From an uncultured Dehalococcoidia bacterium (GTDB lineage: Bacteria; Chloroflexota; Dehalococcoidia; Lucifugimonadales; UBA826), in NCBI GenBank assembly GCA_964500645.1, contig CAZCOH010000003.1:23536-87535 (forward strand): 64,000 nt of DNA. The letters are read 5' to 3'. Positions 27,695 to 37,837 of the stretch are shown piece after piece; the stretch's first letter is position 1; every line of letters starts with the position of its first letter. The translations under genes were made by a program, and so were the position numbers. The notes under the pieces were generated by a model, which worked only from the letters and a program-made list of their open reading frames with translations, had not been told where the DNA came from and did not search any database.

Positions 27695-27950
27695 TGCTTT
27701 GAGAGGGAGTAGTAACCGGAGGATACAGTTTACAGAGAAACCAAGGTTTGCTGAGACTTGGTGGTTGGATGAAACGGTGAACTCGCCCAGGAGCACATTT
27801 TCTAAAGCTTTGATATGTCTAGGGAAATGCGGTGGCTACGTTATAGCTAATGAGTGGCCTTTATATGTTACTAAACATGTTCTGGCAACGTGGGTGGTAC
27901 CACGGGATCTCTGTTTCCCGTCCCATATTTTGGGCGGGATTTTTGTTTTT
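27695..27950 (+). ncRNA. T-box riboswitch (transcription attenuation) with Leu specifier CUC
   Basis: Stem I closed by TGCTT/GAGCA, AGTA, AGAGA bulge, GCTGAGA loop, GAA-CTC-G specifier at 27782-27784, T-box GGGTGGTACCACG at 27892-27904, terminator TCCCGTCCCA/TGGGCGGGA plus T-run. Confidence 0.9.
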
Positions 27951-27986
27951 GGAAATAAATTACATAGTTTAGTTGGGGTGACACAG

Positions 27987-29681
27987 ATGAAAATGAAAGG
28001 GGCACAAATCGTATGTGAAAGTCTTCTAAGAGAAGGCTGCAACGTTGTGTTTGGAATACCAGGAGGAGCGATCCTACCCCTTTACCAGACGCTTCCCGAA
28101 TTTCCAGATCTAAGGCATATATTAGTTAGGCATGAGCAGGGAGCTTCACATGCGGCTGACGGGTATGCGAGAGTTACAGGTCGGCCTGGTGTTGCATTTG
28201 CCACTTCTGGTCCTGGAGCCACTAACCTTGTGACTGGCATAGCTTCTGCCCAAATGGATTCAGTCCCGATGGTAATAGTAACGGGACAAGTGGCAACCAC
28301 TGTTATCGGTTCAGATGCGTTTCAGGAGACAGATATTACAGGTATCACTCTGCCCATCACCAAGCATAATTTTCTTGTGATGGATGCATCGGATATCGCG
28401 CAAGTGATTAAGGACGCGTTTCATATAGCCAATACTGGTAGGCCAGGACCAGTTCTTGTTGACATTCCAAGAGATATATTTCTACAAGAAGTGGAATATA
28501 CAGTTCCAACAGAAATTGATCTCCCTGGTTATTCTCCAACGACCATTGGTAACACTAAGCAATTAAAGCGGGCGGCAGAATTAATAAAGAATTCAAAAAA
28601 ACCGGTCATTTTGGCGGGACATGGTGTACTAATTTCTCAAGCATATTCTGAGCTTAAAGATCTGGCTGAGAATGCGCAGATTCCGGTCATAACGACCCTT
28701 CTTGGTATAAGTTGCTTTCCAGAGGACCATGTTTTGTCAGCGGGTTGGCCAGGTATGCACGGTTTGGCGTATTCAAGTTTGGCGATCGATGAATCCGATT
28801 TATTGATTGCTTTGGGGATGAGATTTGATGACCGCATCACTGGTAACCCCAGTAAGTTCTCAACTAATTCTAAGAAAATTCATGTTGATATAGATCCGTC
28901 TGAAATAGGGAAGAACATACATGTGGATGTGCCTATAGTTGGGGATGTTAAAGAGGTGCTCTCATCACTTAACAAGTTGGTTGAGCCTAAGACACACCCT
29001 GATTGGATAAAGAGAATAGAACAACTCAAAAAAGAACATCCGTCACTAGATTTGCCCAAAACTGAGAAGTTACTTGCACGACAAGTCATTAAAGATATTT
29101 CAGAGATTACTGATGGAAGGTCCATTGTTGTCACAGGCGTTGGACAACACCAAATGTGGGCTGCCCAGCATTACACTTTTAAAGAGCCTTGTTCACTGAT
29201 AACGTCTGGTGGATCCGGAACAATGGGATTTGAGGTTCCTGCTGCTATGGGGGCTCAGGTAGCGAAACCAGATAGTACAGTATGGTCGATCGCCGGAGAT
29301 GGTGGTTTCCAGATGACTATGAGTGAGTTAGCTACTATCGCTGAAAATAATCTCCCTGTGAAGTTCGCTATTCTAAACAATGGATTCTTAGGAATGGTTA
29401 GGCAATGGCAGGAGATTTTTTACGAGAGTTCGTATGTTTCGACTGCATATACGGGCAATCCTGATTTTGTGAAACTTGCAGAGGCTTTCAACATCAAGGG
29501 CATTCGGGTGAGTGACAAGGCCCAAGTTAAATCGGCTATTCAAGAGGCAATGGATCACGACGGTCCAGTTTTGATAGATTTCATAGTAGAACAGGAAGAA
29601 AATGTTTACCCAATGATACCTTCTGGGATGACCGTGGCAGATATTATCGAAGAGCCAATTAATGAGAGAGTAACAGTATGA
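27987..29681 (+). CDS. ilvB: Acetolactate synthase large subunit
   Basis: FGIPGGAIL, RHEQGA, TSGPGATN, RFDDR, GDGGFQM, NNGFLGMVRQWQ. ATG 27987 follows GGGGTG. Confidence 0.97.
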   Translation: MKMKGAQIVCESLLREGCNVVFGIPGGAILPLYQTLPEFPDLRHILVRHEQGASHAADGYARVTGRPGVAFATSGPGATNLVTGIASAQMDSVPMVIVTGQVATTVIGSDAFQETDITGITLPITKHNFLVMDASDIAQVIKDAFHIANTGRPGPVLVDIPRDIFLQEVEYTVPTEIDLPGYSPTTIGNTKQLKRAAELIKNSKKPVILAGHGVLISQAYSELKDLAENAQIPVITTLLGISCFPEDHVLSAGWPGMHGLAYSSLAIDESDLLIALGMRFDDRITGNPSKFSTNSKKIHVDIDPSEIGKNIHVDVPIVGDVKEVLSSLNKLVEPKTHPDWIKRIEQLKKEHPSLDLPKTEKLLARQVIKDISEITDGRSIVVTGVGQHQMWAAQHYTFKEPCSLITSGGSGTMGFEVPAAMGAQVAKPDSTVWSIAGDGGFQMTMSELATIAENNLPVKFAILNNGFLGMVRQWQEIFYESSYVSTAYTGNPDFVKLAEAFNIKGIRVSDKAQVKSAIQEAMDHDGPVLIDFIVEQEENVYPMIPSGMTVADIIEEPINERVTV

Positions 29682-30190
29682 CCCAGCGCATTGAACGCCA
29701 CACTGTAACAGCACTCGTTGAAGACCGACCCGGAGTTCTCAATCGTATTTCGAGCATGTTTAGAAGAAGAGGGTATAACATATCCAGCTTGGCCGTAGGG
29801 CAAAGCGAAACTGAAGGATTGTCAAGGATGACGTTCGTTGTTGAAGGAGACCCTGACACGGTAGAGATGGTTTCGAAGAACTTACATAAATTGGTTGAAG
29901 TTATAAAAGTTGTAAACATATCCCAAGATAATGTCGTGTCAAGAGAATTGGCTTTAGTAAGGGTTGAATCTGATGCTTCATCGAGAAGCGAAATCATGCA
30001 GATAATAGATATTTTCAGGGCGAAAATAGTTGATGTTTCACAAGGCACCTTAATCGTCGAGGTAACGGGCGATGAAGACAAGGTAGATTCTCTAGTCGAT
30101 CTACTTGGCACATTTGGAGTTAAAGAAGTAATGCGTACCGGTACAATAGCTATGAGCAGGGGAGTGTCTTTTGAGCAAGAGACTCAATGA
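29678..30190 (+). CDS. ilvN: Acetolactate synthase small subunit
   Basis: LVEDRPGVLNRISSMFRRRGYNI ACT domain; RELAL. Confidence 0.95.
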   Translation: MTQRIERHTVTALVEDRPGVLNRISSMFRRRGYNISSLAVGQSETEGLSRMTFVVEGDPDTVEMVSKNLHKLVEVIKVVNISQDNVVSRELALVRVESDASSRSEIMQIIDIFRAKIVDVSQGTLIVEVTGDEDKVDSLVDLLGTFGVKEVMRTGTIAMSRGVSFEQETQ

Positions 30191-30256
30191 CAAAGATCTA
30201 TTGATAATGCCTAACAATTCATATAAAGGTTAATCTAATTTAGGAGTTTGATAACA

Positions 30257-31258
30257 ATGCCAGCGAAGATGTATTACGAAACAGATGTAGATATGTCACT
30301 TTTGGATGACCAAAAAATTGGAATTATTGGTTATGGTAGTCAAGGGCATGCGCACGCATTAAATTTAAAGGATTCTGGCTTGCAGGTCTCGGTTGGTCTT
30401 TACGAGGGAAGTCAGAGTTGGGCAAAAGCCGAAGAAGATGGACTTAAAGTTGGCACAGTAGCTGAGGTCTGCGAGGAATCCGATGTGATAATGCTGCTAA
30501 TACCTGACCACATACAGGCTCAAGTTTACAGAGACTCAGTGTTACCTCACCTTCTTCCAGGAAAGACATTGATGTTTGCTCATGGATTTAACATTCATTA
30601 CGATGCAATCGTCCCTCCTGAAAATGTTGATGTGACGATGGTTGCTCCAAAAGCGCCGGGCCATAGAATGAGGGAGGTGTATACAAAAGAATCGGGAGTA
30701 CCCGGGTTGCTTGCAGTTCATCAAGACTCTTCTGGAAATGCCCACGGGATTGGTCTAGCTTATGCAAGAGGAATAGGTTGTACAAGAGCGGGCGTTCTTG
30801 ATACAACATTTAAAGAGGAAACTGAGACAGATCTGTTTGGAGAACAAGCAGTTCTATGTGGTGGTGTAGCGGAGCTTGTAAAAGCGGCTTTTGAAACCCT
30901 TGTTGAAGCTGGTTATCAGCCTGAGTCAGCATATTTTGAATGCATGCATGAGCTCAAACTTATCGTTGATTTGTTCTACCAAGGTGGGATGGAATATATG
31001 AGGTATTCCGTAAGCGATACTGCTGAGTACGGAGATTACACTAGAGGACCTGTCGTGATTGACGATAGTGTTAAAGAAAAAATGAGGGAAGTGCTAGACC
31101 AGATACAAGATGGCACCTTCGCAAGAGAATGGATTACAGAAAACGATGAAGGTAGGCCGACTTTTAATAGGTTGAGAGAGGAAAATGCAGGTCACCCCAT
31201 TGAGAAAGTTGGTAAAGAATTAAGGTCCATGATGTCTTTTCTAACGGATTCTGATTAA
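30257..31258 (+). CDS. ilvC: Ketol-acid reductoisomerase
   Basis: [37 protein letters not shown]. Confidence 0.97.
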   Translation: MPAKMYYETDVDMSLLDDQKIGIIGYGSQGHAHALNLKDSGLQVSVGLYEGSQSWAKAEEDGLKVGTVAEVCEESDVIMLLIPDHIQAQVYRDSVLPHLLPGKTLMFAHGFNIHYDAIVPPENVDVTMVAPKAPGHRMREVYTKESGVPGLLAVHQDSSGNAHGIGLAYARGIGCTRAGVLDTTFKEETETDLFGEQAVLCGGVAELVKAAFETLVEAGYQPESAYFECMHELKLIVDLFYQGGMEYMRYSVSDTAEYGDYTRGPVVIDDSVKEKMREVLDQIQDGTFAREWITENDEGRPTFNRLREENAGHPIEKVGKELRSMMSFLTDSD

Positions 31259-31340
31259 CCTGGGTTTTTAGAACTTTAATCATAGGTGGTTAGTATGTCT
31301 GGTATGAAGTTTAAAAATGAAATTTGTATGAGGAATGAAC

Positions 31341-31395
31341 ACGCAGTTCGCTTAAGTGGTTTGGTCTTGGCAGGGCTGAACCCAGCGGACTGCGT
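31341..31395 (+). promoter_or_regulatory. Long hairpin in the ilvC-leuA spacer, overlapping a candidate leader ORF (31295-31405)
   Basis: 12-bp outer stem ACGCAGTTCGCT/AGCGGACTGCGT plus an 11-bp inner stem rich in G-U pairs. Confidence 0.45.
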
Positions 31396-31459
31396 TGTCC
31401 TGTGAAGATTTGGGATAGACGACGGATATTTTTAACCGAGAAACTGTTTGGAGGTTCCA

Positions 31460-32983
31460 ATGTCACAGGAAAAGGTAATAATTTTTGATACAACATTAAG
31501 AGATGGCGAACAATCGGCTGGGATTGGATTGACTACTCAGGAAAAATTAGAGATTGCACAGCAGTTGGAAAGACTAGGAGTCGATGTTATTGAAGCAGGA
31601 TTTGCTGCTAGTTCGCCTGGAGATTTAGAAGCAGTCCAAACGATTGCTGCCCAGGTTAGGAGCCCGATCATAACTTCCTTGGCTCGTTGCTATATACCCG
31701 ACGTAGATGCGGCATGGGAGGGAGTCAAAGGAGCAGCTAAACCAAGGATTCATGTGTTTATTTCCAGTTCTGATAATCACATAATGAATCTACTTCGAAA
31801 GAATCCTGAAGATGTATTGGAGACCGCTGTAGCATCGGTTGCAAGGGCCAAAACATATTGCGACGATGTGGAATTTTCACCTATGGATGCAACTCGGACC
31901 GATCCAGAGTATCTGTTTAAGATGCTTGAATCGGTGATAGAGGCTGGAGCTAACACAGTGAACATTGCCGATACAGTGGGCTACACTATACCTTCCGAAT
32001 TTGCCCAGCGTATCGAGGACATAAAGGAAAATGTGCCCAATATTGATAAAGCTGTAATTAGCGTACATTGCCATAATGATCTAGGTCTATCAGTGGCGAA
32101 CAGTCTTGCTGCGGTTAAGGCCGGAGTCAGGCAGGTAGAGGGGTGTATTAACGGTCTAGGAGAGCGTGCAGGGAATGCTTCCTTAGAAGAAATCATTATG
32201 GCTTTAGAGACTAGGGATGATTTATTCGATGTCTCTACCAGCATAGATACTACCCAGATATATAGAACTAGCCGCCTTGTTAGCGATATAACGGGATTTC
32301 CAGTACAACCCAACAAAGCCATTGTTGGAGCTAACGCGTTTAGACATGCCTCTGGTATTCATCAGGATGGAGTTATCAAAGATAGGAGCACCTACGAGAT
32401 AATTGATCCTAAAACTGTAGGCTGGCCGAGTAATTCACTCGTTTTAGGCAAACTAAGTGGTAGGGCAGGTTTGAGAGCTCGATTAGAAGAGCTTGGATAC
32501 CATCTTGAACAGGAAGAGCTTAACGAGGTGTTTGAAGCCTTTAAGTCGTTGGCTGATAGAAAGCGAGAGGTTACCGATCAGGATTTGGAATCACTGATGT
32601 CAACCACTCGGAGGACAGCAGATGTTCCCACTATTTATGAACTACTGCATGTACAGGTTTCTACTGGCGATCACGAAGTTCCAACCGCGACAGTGAAAAT
32701 TAATTCTCCCACTGGGGAAGAGATTGTTGACGCGGCCACTGGAACTGGCCCGGTCGATGCAGTATATCAAGCAATTAATAGGGTGATAGGAGTTGAAAAC
32801 AGACTGACAGAATTTAGAGTTGACGCTGTTACGGAAGGTATCGATTCACTTGGGGATGTAACTATTCGTATCGAGAGTAATTCAGATGTGTATGTCGGGA
32901 GAGGTAGCGACACGGATATAATAGTAGCAAGTGCTAAAGCGTATATGAACGCCCTCAATAGAGCTCTTTCTGTAACCGAGTAA
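31460..32983 (+). CDS. leuA: 2-isopropylmalate synthase
   Basis: DTTLRDGEQ, HCHNDLG, GERAGNA, HASGIHQDG and the regulatory domain GTGPVDA. Confidence 0.95.
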   Translation: MSQEKVIIFDTTLRDGEQSAGIGLTTQEKLEIAQQLERLGVDVIEAGFAASSPGDLEAVQTIAAQVRSPIITSLARCYIPDVDAAWEGVKGAAKPRIHVFISSSDNHIMNLLRKNPEDVLETAVASVARAKTYCDDVEFSPMDATRTDPEYLFKMLESVIEAGANTVNIADTVGYTIPSEFAQRIEDIKENVPNIDKAVISVHCHNDLGLSVANSLAAVKAGVRQVEGCINGLGERAGNASLEEIIMALETRDDLFDVSTSIDTTQIYRTSRLVSDITGFPVQPNKAIVGANAFRHASGIHQDGVIKDRSTYEIIDPKTVGWPSNSLVLGKLSGRAGLRARLEELGYHLEQEELNEVFEAFKSLADRKREVTDQDLESLMSTTRRTADVPTIYELLHVQVSTGDHEVPTATVKINSPTGEEIVDAATGTGPVDAVYQAINRVIGVENRLTEFRVDAVTEGIDSLGDVTIRIESNSDVYVGRGSDTDIIVASAKAYMNALNRALSVTE

Positions 32984-33055
32984 TGAATATAACTAGTTTT
33001 ATAAATTGAAGCCCTAGTAAAGATGACTAGGTGAATAATTTAAATGGAGTTTTTA

Positions 33056-34459
33056 ATGTCTCCTAAGACCATGTTTGAAAAAATTTGGGATGCACATGTT
33101 GTTAAAGAAGAGACAGGGAAGCCAAGCGTGCTTTATGTGGACCTACATTTAGTACATGAAGTTACCTCTCCACAGGCCTTTGACGGTTTACGAATGGCGG
33201 GAAGGGAAGTCAGAAGAAAGGATCTTACTGTAGCTGTTGCCGATCATAACACTCCTACGTGGGATTTAAGTCTTCCTATTACTGATCCCATTGCCCAGCA
33301 ACAGTTGGACGCTTTGTCAAAAAATTGTGAAGACTTCGGTATAACTTTGCATGACAGATTTAGTCCGATGCAAGGGATAGTTCATGTTATCGGACCTGAA
33401 CAAGGACATACTCAACCTGGAAAAACCATCGTATGTGGAGACAGCCACACTTCTACTCATGGCGCTTTCGGTGCATTTGCAATGGGTATAGGTACATCTG
33501 AAGTGGAGCATGTACTAGCGACGCAAACTTTGAGACAGTTCAAACCTAAAACTATGGAAGTTAGGGTAAACGGAGAACTTTCTAGTGGAGTCACCGCTAA
33601 AGATATTATCCTTGCGATCATAGGAAAAATAGGCACAGCTGGGGCAACAGGACATGTGATTGAGTACACGGGAAGTGCTATTCAGGCTCTCTCTATGGAA
33701 GGCCGTATGACTGTTTGTAATATGAGTATTGAGGCAGGTGCCAGGGCTGGTATGGTGGCTCCAGATAAGACCACATTTGAATACATGAGGGGGCGAGAAT
33801 TCGTTCCGCAGGGAAGTGATTTTGATGATGCTGTGGAGGAATGGGAGAAACTCTCAACTGACGCGGGAGCAACCTATGACAAGGTTATTGAAATAGAGGC
33901 TTCAGAATTGGAGCCATTTGTCAGTTGGGGAACAAATCCAGGTATGGTCGTTCCTGTAACTGCTACAGTACCTGATCCAAATGATTTTCAGGACGAAGGT
34001 GATAAAGAATCAGTTCAAAGAGCCTTAGAATATATGGACTTGAATCCTGGCATGAAAATCGAAGACATATATATCGACAGAGTTTTTATAGGTTCTTGTA
34101 CGAATTCACGTATAGAGGATTTGAGGTCGGCTGCGAAGATTGCTGAAGGGAACCAAGTAGACAAAAACGTATATGCGATGGTTGTTCCAGGATCTAACGC
34201 TATTAAGAGGCAGGCCGAGGAGGAGGGATTGGATAAGGTCTTTATTGAAGCTGGGTTTGATTGGAGGGAGGCGGGCTGTTCAATGTGTCTGGGTATGAAT
34301 CCTGATATTTTGCAGCCGGGTGAACGTTGTGCGTCTACATCTAACAGGAATTTTGAAGGCAGACAGGGAAAGGGTGGAAGAACTCATCTTGTAAGTCCAG
34401 AAATGGCAGCAGCGGCCGCGCTCAAAGGACATTTCGTAGATATAAGATACTGGGATTAA
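33056..34459 (+). CDS. leuC: 3-isopropylmalate dehydratase large subunit
   Basis: [48 protein letters not shown]. Confidence 0.97.
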   Translation: MSPKTMFEKIWDAHVVKEETGKPSVLYVDLHLVHEVTSPQAFDGLRMAGREVRRKDLTVAVADHNTPTWDLSLPITDPIAQQQLDALSKNCEDFGITLHDRFSPMQGIVHVIGPEQGHTQPGKTIVCGDSHTSTHGAFGAFAMGIGTSEVEHVLATQTLRQFKPKTMEVRVNGELSSGVTAKDIILAIIGKIGTAGATGHVIEYTGSAIQALSMEGRMTVCNMSIEAGARAGMVAPDKTTFEYMRGREFVPQGSDFDDAVEEWEKLSTDAGATYDKVIEIEASELEPFVSWGTNPGMVVPVTATVPDPNDFQDEGDKESVQRALEYMDLNPGMKIEDIYIDRVFIGSCTNSRIEDLRSAAKIAEGNQVDKNVYAMVVPGSNAIKRQAEEEGLDKVFIEAGFDWREAGCSMCLGMNPDILQPGERCASTSNRNFEGRQGKGGRTHLVSPEMAAAAALKGHFVDIRYWD

Positions 34460-34475
34460 TTGAGGATATTAAGTT

Positions 34476-35096
34476 ATGGAGCCGTTTAGAACGCTTAATG
34501 GAGGGGTTGCACCCCTTAATCGTGTCAATGTTGACACTGACCAAATCATACCCAAGCAGTTTTTGAAGAGAGTGGAAAGAACCGGATTTGGACAATTTTT
34601 ATTCAATGATTGGCGTTTTTCTGAGGACGGGTCTGAAAATCCCGACTTTGTTTTAAATAAACAAACATACAAAGATGCATCTGTTTTGGTGAGTGGAAGA
34701 AACTTTGGATGTGGTTCTTCACGAGAGCATGCACCATGGGCACTTCAGGACTTCGGGATAAGATGCATAATAGCTCCAAGCTTCGCAGATATATTTTTTG
34801 GAAATTGTTTTCAAAATGGGATACTCCCTGTGGTATTGCCGGAGGAAGTTGTTAATCAAATCATTGATAATTCTGAGAAAGATCCTGGGTATAAAGTTAC
34901 TATTGATTTAGAATCTCAAAGGGTCTGGGATATAAATGAAGAAGTCGTTGCAGACTTTGACATTGAACCATTTAGAAGGCACTGCCTTTTGAACGGCTTG
35001 GATGACATAGGCTTAACACTTGAAGACGAAGATGACATAGCCAAATTCGAGTCCAGTCGTTCAAAGCATGGTGGGGTTATTAAGAATAATTACTAA
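34476..35096 (+). CDS. leuD: 3-isopropylmalate dehydratase small subunit
   Basis: NVDTDQIIPKQFL, NFGCGSSREHAPWAL, GLDDIGLTL. Confidence 0.97.
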   Translation: MEPFRTLNGGVAPLNRVNVDTDQIIPKQFLKRVERTGFGQFLFNDWRFSEDGSENPDFVLNKQTYKDASVLVSGRNFGCGSSREHAPWALQDFGIRCIIAPSFADIFFGNCFQNGILPVVLPEEVVNQIIDNSEKDPGYKVTIDLESQRVWDINEEVVADFDIEPFRRHCLLNGLDDIGLTLEDEDDIAKFESSRSKHGGVIKNNY

Positions 35097-35192
35097 TCAC
35101 ATGAGTCGCCGTAATTACCTGTTGGTTACCTATTACGGGAGTTGCGAATAATAATCAATCTACATGAAATATAAGGCTAGTATCAACAAATC

Positions 35193-37781
35193 CTAACCTG
35201 TATTAATCATCACATCTCTTGACTTAGAGCCGTCGCTTGGCCCTACAATGCCCATGTCTTCCAGTTCATCCATGAGCCTAGCAGCCCTAGGGTACCCTAT
35301 CCTCAATCGTCTTTGAAGCAGTGAGGTTGATAACTTACTATGTCTTTGAGCTAGTTCAATCGCTCTATCTGTCAGATTATCTCTCCCGACTGAATTGGCA
35401 GATCCATACTGTGAGGAATCGCTTTCTTCAGATTCAGAATCACTGACTGTGTGAAGGTCGACCTGAGGTTTTGTAGACCACGGAGTATCTTTCCAATGAT
35501 TTACAATTTTCCCGATTTCATCGTCAGATATGTATACGCTTTGTACCCTTACAGGCCTAGTACCATCTATAGGTTGGTATAGCATGTCACCTCTTCCAAG
35601 CAGACGCTCAGCACCAGTAGTGTCTAAAATAGTTCGTGAGTCCACTTGAGAGGTGACTCCAAAACTGATTCTGCTAGGGAAATTTGCTTTTATAAGTCCC
35701 GTTATCACGTCAACTGAAGGTCTTTGTGTAGCGATTATGAGATGTATTCCAGTAGCTCTGCCAAGTTGTGCCAATCGGCATATTGATTGTTCTACGTCGA
35801 ATGCTGCAGTCATCATCAAATCTGCCAATTCGTCAATTGCAACCACTAGATAAGGCATTTTTGAAGTAGGTGTTTTTTTGTTGTAAGTTTCAATGTTTCT
35901 TACGCCTATCTCTTCCATGGTTCTGTATCGGTCCATCATCTCTTTTATTAATCCTTTGAGTAGGTTTACTACCCTGTCTGTTTCCACAACGACAGGTGTA
36001 ATGAGATGAGGTATTCCGTTATAGGGTGTTAGTTCGACTCGTTTCGGATCTACGAGCAACATCTGTAATTCTGACGGTGTTCGTTCCATTATCAGGCAAG
36101 ATATGATTGCATTCATACAGACGCTTTTGCCACTACCTGTTGCCCCAGCAATTAATAAATGAGGCATCCTTGCTAGGTCGAATACCACTTCATCACCATC
36201 TGATCCTCTGCCCAAGGCAACAGGTAGTGGTGACTTTGCTTTTATAGTTCCGTATGTTTTACTCCCCATTACTCTTTTAAGGGAAACTATGCTTGGATTA
36301 GGATTTGGCACTTCTATACCTAGTAAGGACTCTCCCATCACAGGGGTTTCAATTCTCAGACTTGGCGTTTTTAGGGCTAGAGAAAGATCTTTTTCTCGCC
36401 GTAGTATGTTGTCTACGCTTATTCTAGTTTTGTCTTCTTCCTGGGCAATAATTTGCTTACCATTCTTATCGAGTTTAGGATTTCCTTTTTCATCTTTTAC
36501 CCTTACTCTTTTATACTTTCTAACCCATCCGGGTTCTATACCATACATAGTTACTGTAGGACCTGGACGAACTTTTTCTACCTCCACTTCTATTCTGTAT
36601 TCAGCAAATGTTGTCTTGATTATGTCTGAAGTTTTTTTGATATCGTCGCGACTTATGCCTCCTTCGTCTGAGTCAGTTAATAGCTCTAAACTGGGAAGAA
36701 TCCATCTCTTGGACAATGGGGCAGAATCTGTTTTTGATACTTCTGAATACTTTTCAGGGATATCTTGTTCATTTGGTATGTTGTAGGGAGTTGTATTTAT
36801 GGTTTCTGACTCACTGTAAATAACATCTGTGTTAGACCAAAATTTATTAAACTTGGTTCCGTCTCTTTCTAATAAGTTCTTTTCCTTAGGGTTGAAAACC
36901 CCTTCAATTTCTCCCGCTGTTTTTGAATAATTAGGTTTTGGTATGGGTATTCCACTTGATTTAGTCTCTGGTATGAAATAACCAAGTCTTTCAGCACTCT
37001 CAGACCAAGAATCATCCTTATCTGAAGGTGATGTCTCTCCTTCGAGTACTTCTAGTTCAACATCCATTCCCTCAAGACTGCCGATTATTTCACTTTCTCT
37101 AATATGGGGAGTTAAGATTTCAGGGGGGATGTTTGGTTCGTCACTTTGAATTGGGGAGGGGAGGATTTTCGGAGACTCTGATTTTACATAAAACCTTGAT
37201 AGTGCCCTTGATGTTGCAAATAATCCAAGGTATAACGATACAATTCCAAATTTGAGAATCTCTATTATTTCTATGACTGTTTTTGGTCTATAAATAATAA
37301 GAGATGCAAATAAAATGGAGCTGACTCTAATAATGCCTTGGACGATACCTTGCCCTGTAATTGCACTGCTTATTTTGCCCCCTATGGGATTTCCATATGA
37401 CGCTGATGTCCAGCCAGGGAATCCCTCACTAGGGGTGTAGAAAGAAAATAATCCCCAGACACCTATGAATAATCCAATAAACGAAATTAGGTTTTTCTTA
37501 TTATGGCGTATGTAAATTCGCATTAGGGATGAGTAAAAAAGTGTAACTAGAATTCCTACTGAGACGGTTGACAGGACTATTCCCAACCCGAACCAAATAA
37601 GTACCAATTCCGTTTTGGTTGTAACAAAATTTAGAACTGTGTCTTGGTTAAAGTATCCCCATATTATGCCGCCCGCTAACATGATACCGGTTATTGAAGT
37701 AACCAATAATTTCCATGTTATTACAAATGCAGGCACGTTGATGGATGAGGCTGATTGTGTGCTAGATCTCTTCTTGACCAT
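35193..37781 (-). CDS. ftsK: FtsK/SpoIIIE DNA translocase
   Basis: N-terminal TMs, HLLIAGATGSGKS, DELADLM, ATQRPSVDV and the gamma domain LQRRLRIGYPRAARL. Confidence 0.95.
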   Translation of the reverse strand: MVKKRSSTQSASSINVPAFVITWKLLVTSITGIMLAGGIIWGYFNQDTVLNFVTTKTELVLIWFGLGIVLSTVSVGILVTLFYSSLMRIYIRHNKKNLISFIGLFIGVWGLFSFYTPSEGFPGWTSASYGNPIGGKISSAITGQGIVQGIIRVSSILFASLIIYRPKTVIEIIEILKFGIVSLYLGLFATSRALSRFYVKSESPKILPSPIQSDEPNIPPEILTPHIRESEIIGSLEGMDVELEVLEGETSPSDKDDSWSESAERLGYFIPETKSSGIPIPKPNYSKTAGEIEGVFNPKEKNLLERDGTKFNKFWSNTDVIYSESETINTTPYNIPNEQDIPEKYSEVSKTDSAPLSKRWILPSLELLTDSDEGGISRDDIKKTSDIIKTTFAEYRIEVEVEKVRPGPTVTMYGIEPGWVRKYKRVRVKDEKGNPKLDKNGKQIIAQEEDKTRISVDNILRREKDLSLALKTPSLRIETPVMGESLLGIEVPNPNPSIVSLKRVMGSKTYGTIKAKSPLPVALGRGSDGDEVVFDLARMPHLLIAGATGSGKSVCMNAIISCLIMERTPSELQMLLVDPKRVELTPYNGIPHLITPVVVETDRVVNLLKGLIKEMMDRYRTMEEIGVRNIETYNKKTPTSKMPYLVVAIDELADLMMTAAFDVEQSICRLAQLGRATGIHLIIATQRPSVDVITGLIKANFPSRISFGVTSQVDSRTILDTTGAERLLGRGDMLYQPIDGTRPVRVQSVYISDDEIGKIVNHWKDTPWSTKPQVDLHTVSDSESEESDSSQYGSANSVGRDNLTDRAIELAQRHSKLSTSLLQRRLRIGYPRAARLMDELEDMGIVGPSDGSKSRDVMINTG

Positions 37782-37837
37782 GTCAAAATGATATTGGAGG
37801 TGTGATCTAGGATTTTTGTCTGCTTACATATTTCTAC

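Noticed and set aside
27633-27986. 118-codon N-terminal extension of IlvB and the antisense ORF 27569..27796
   Set aside because: The region is the promoter and T-box RNA; IlvB homology starts at ATG 27987.
31341-31395. SRP (4.5S) RNA or 6S RNA
   Set aside because: No conserved SRP domain IV loop on either strand, and too short for 6S.
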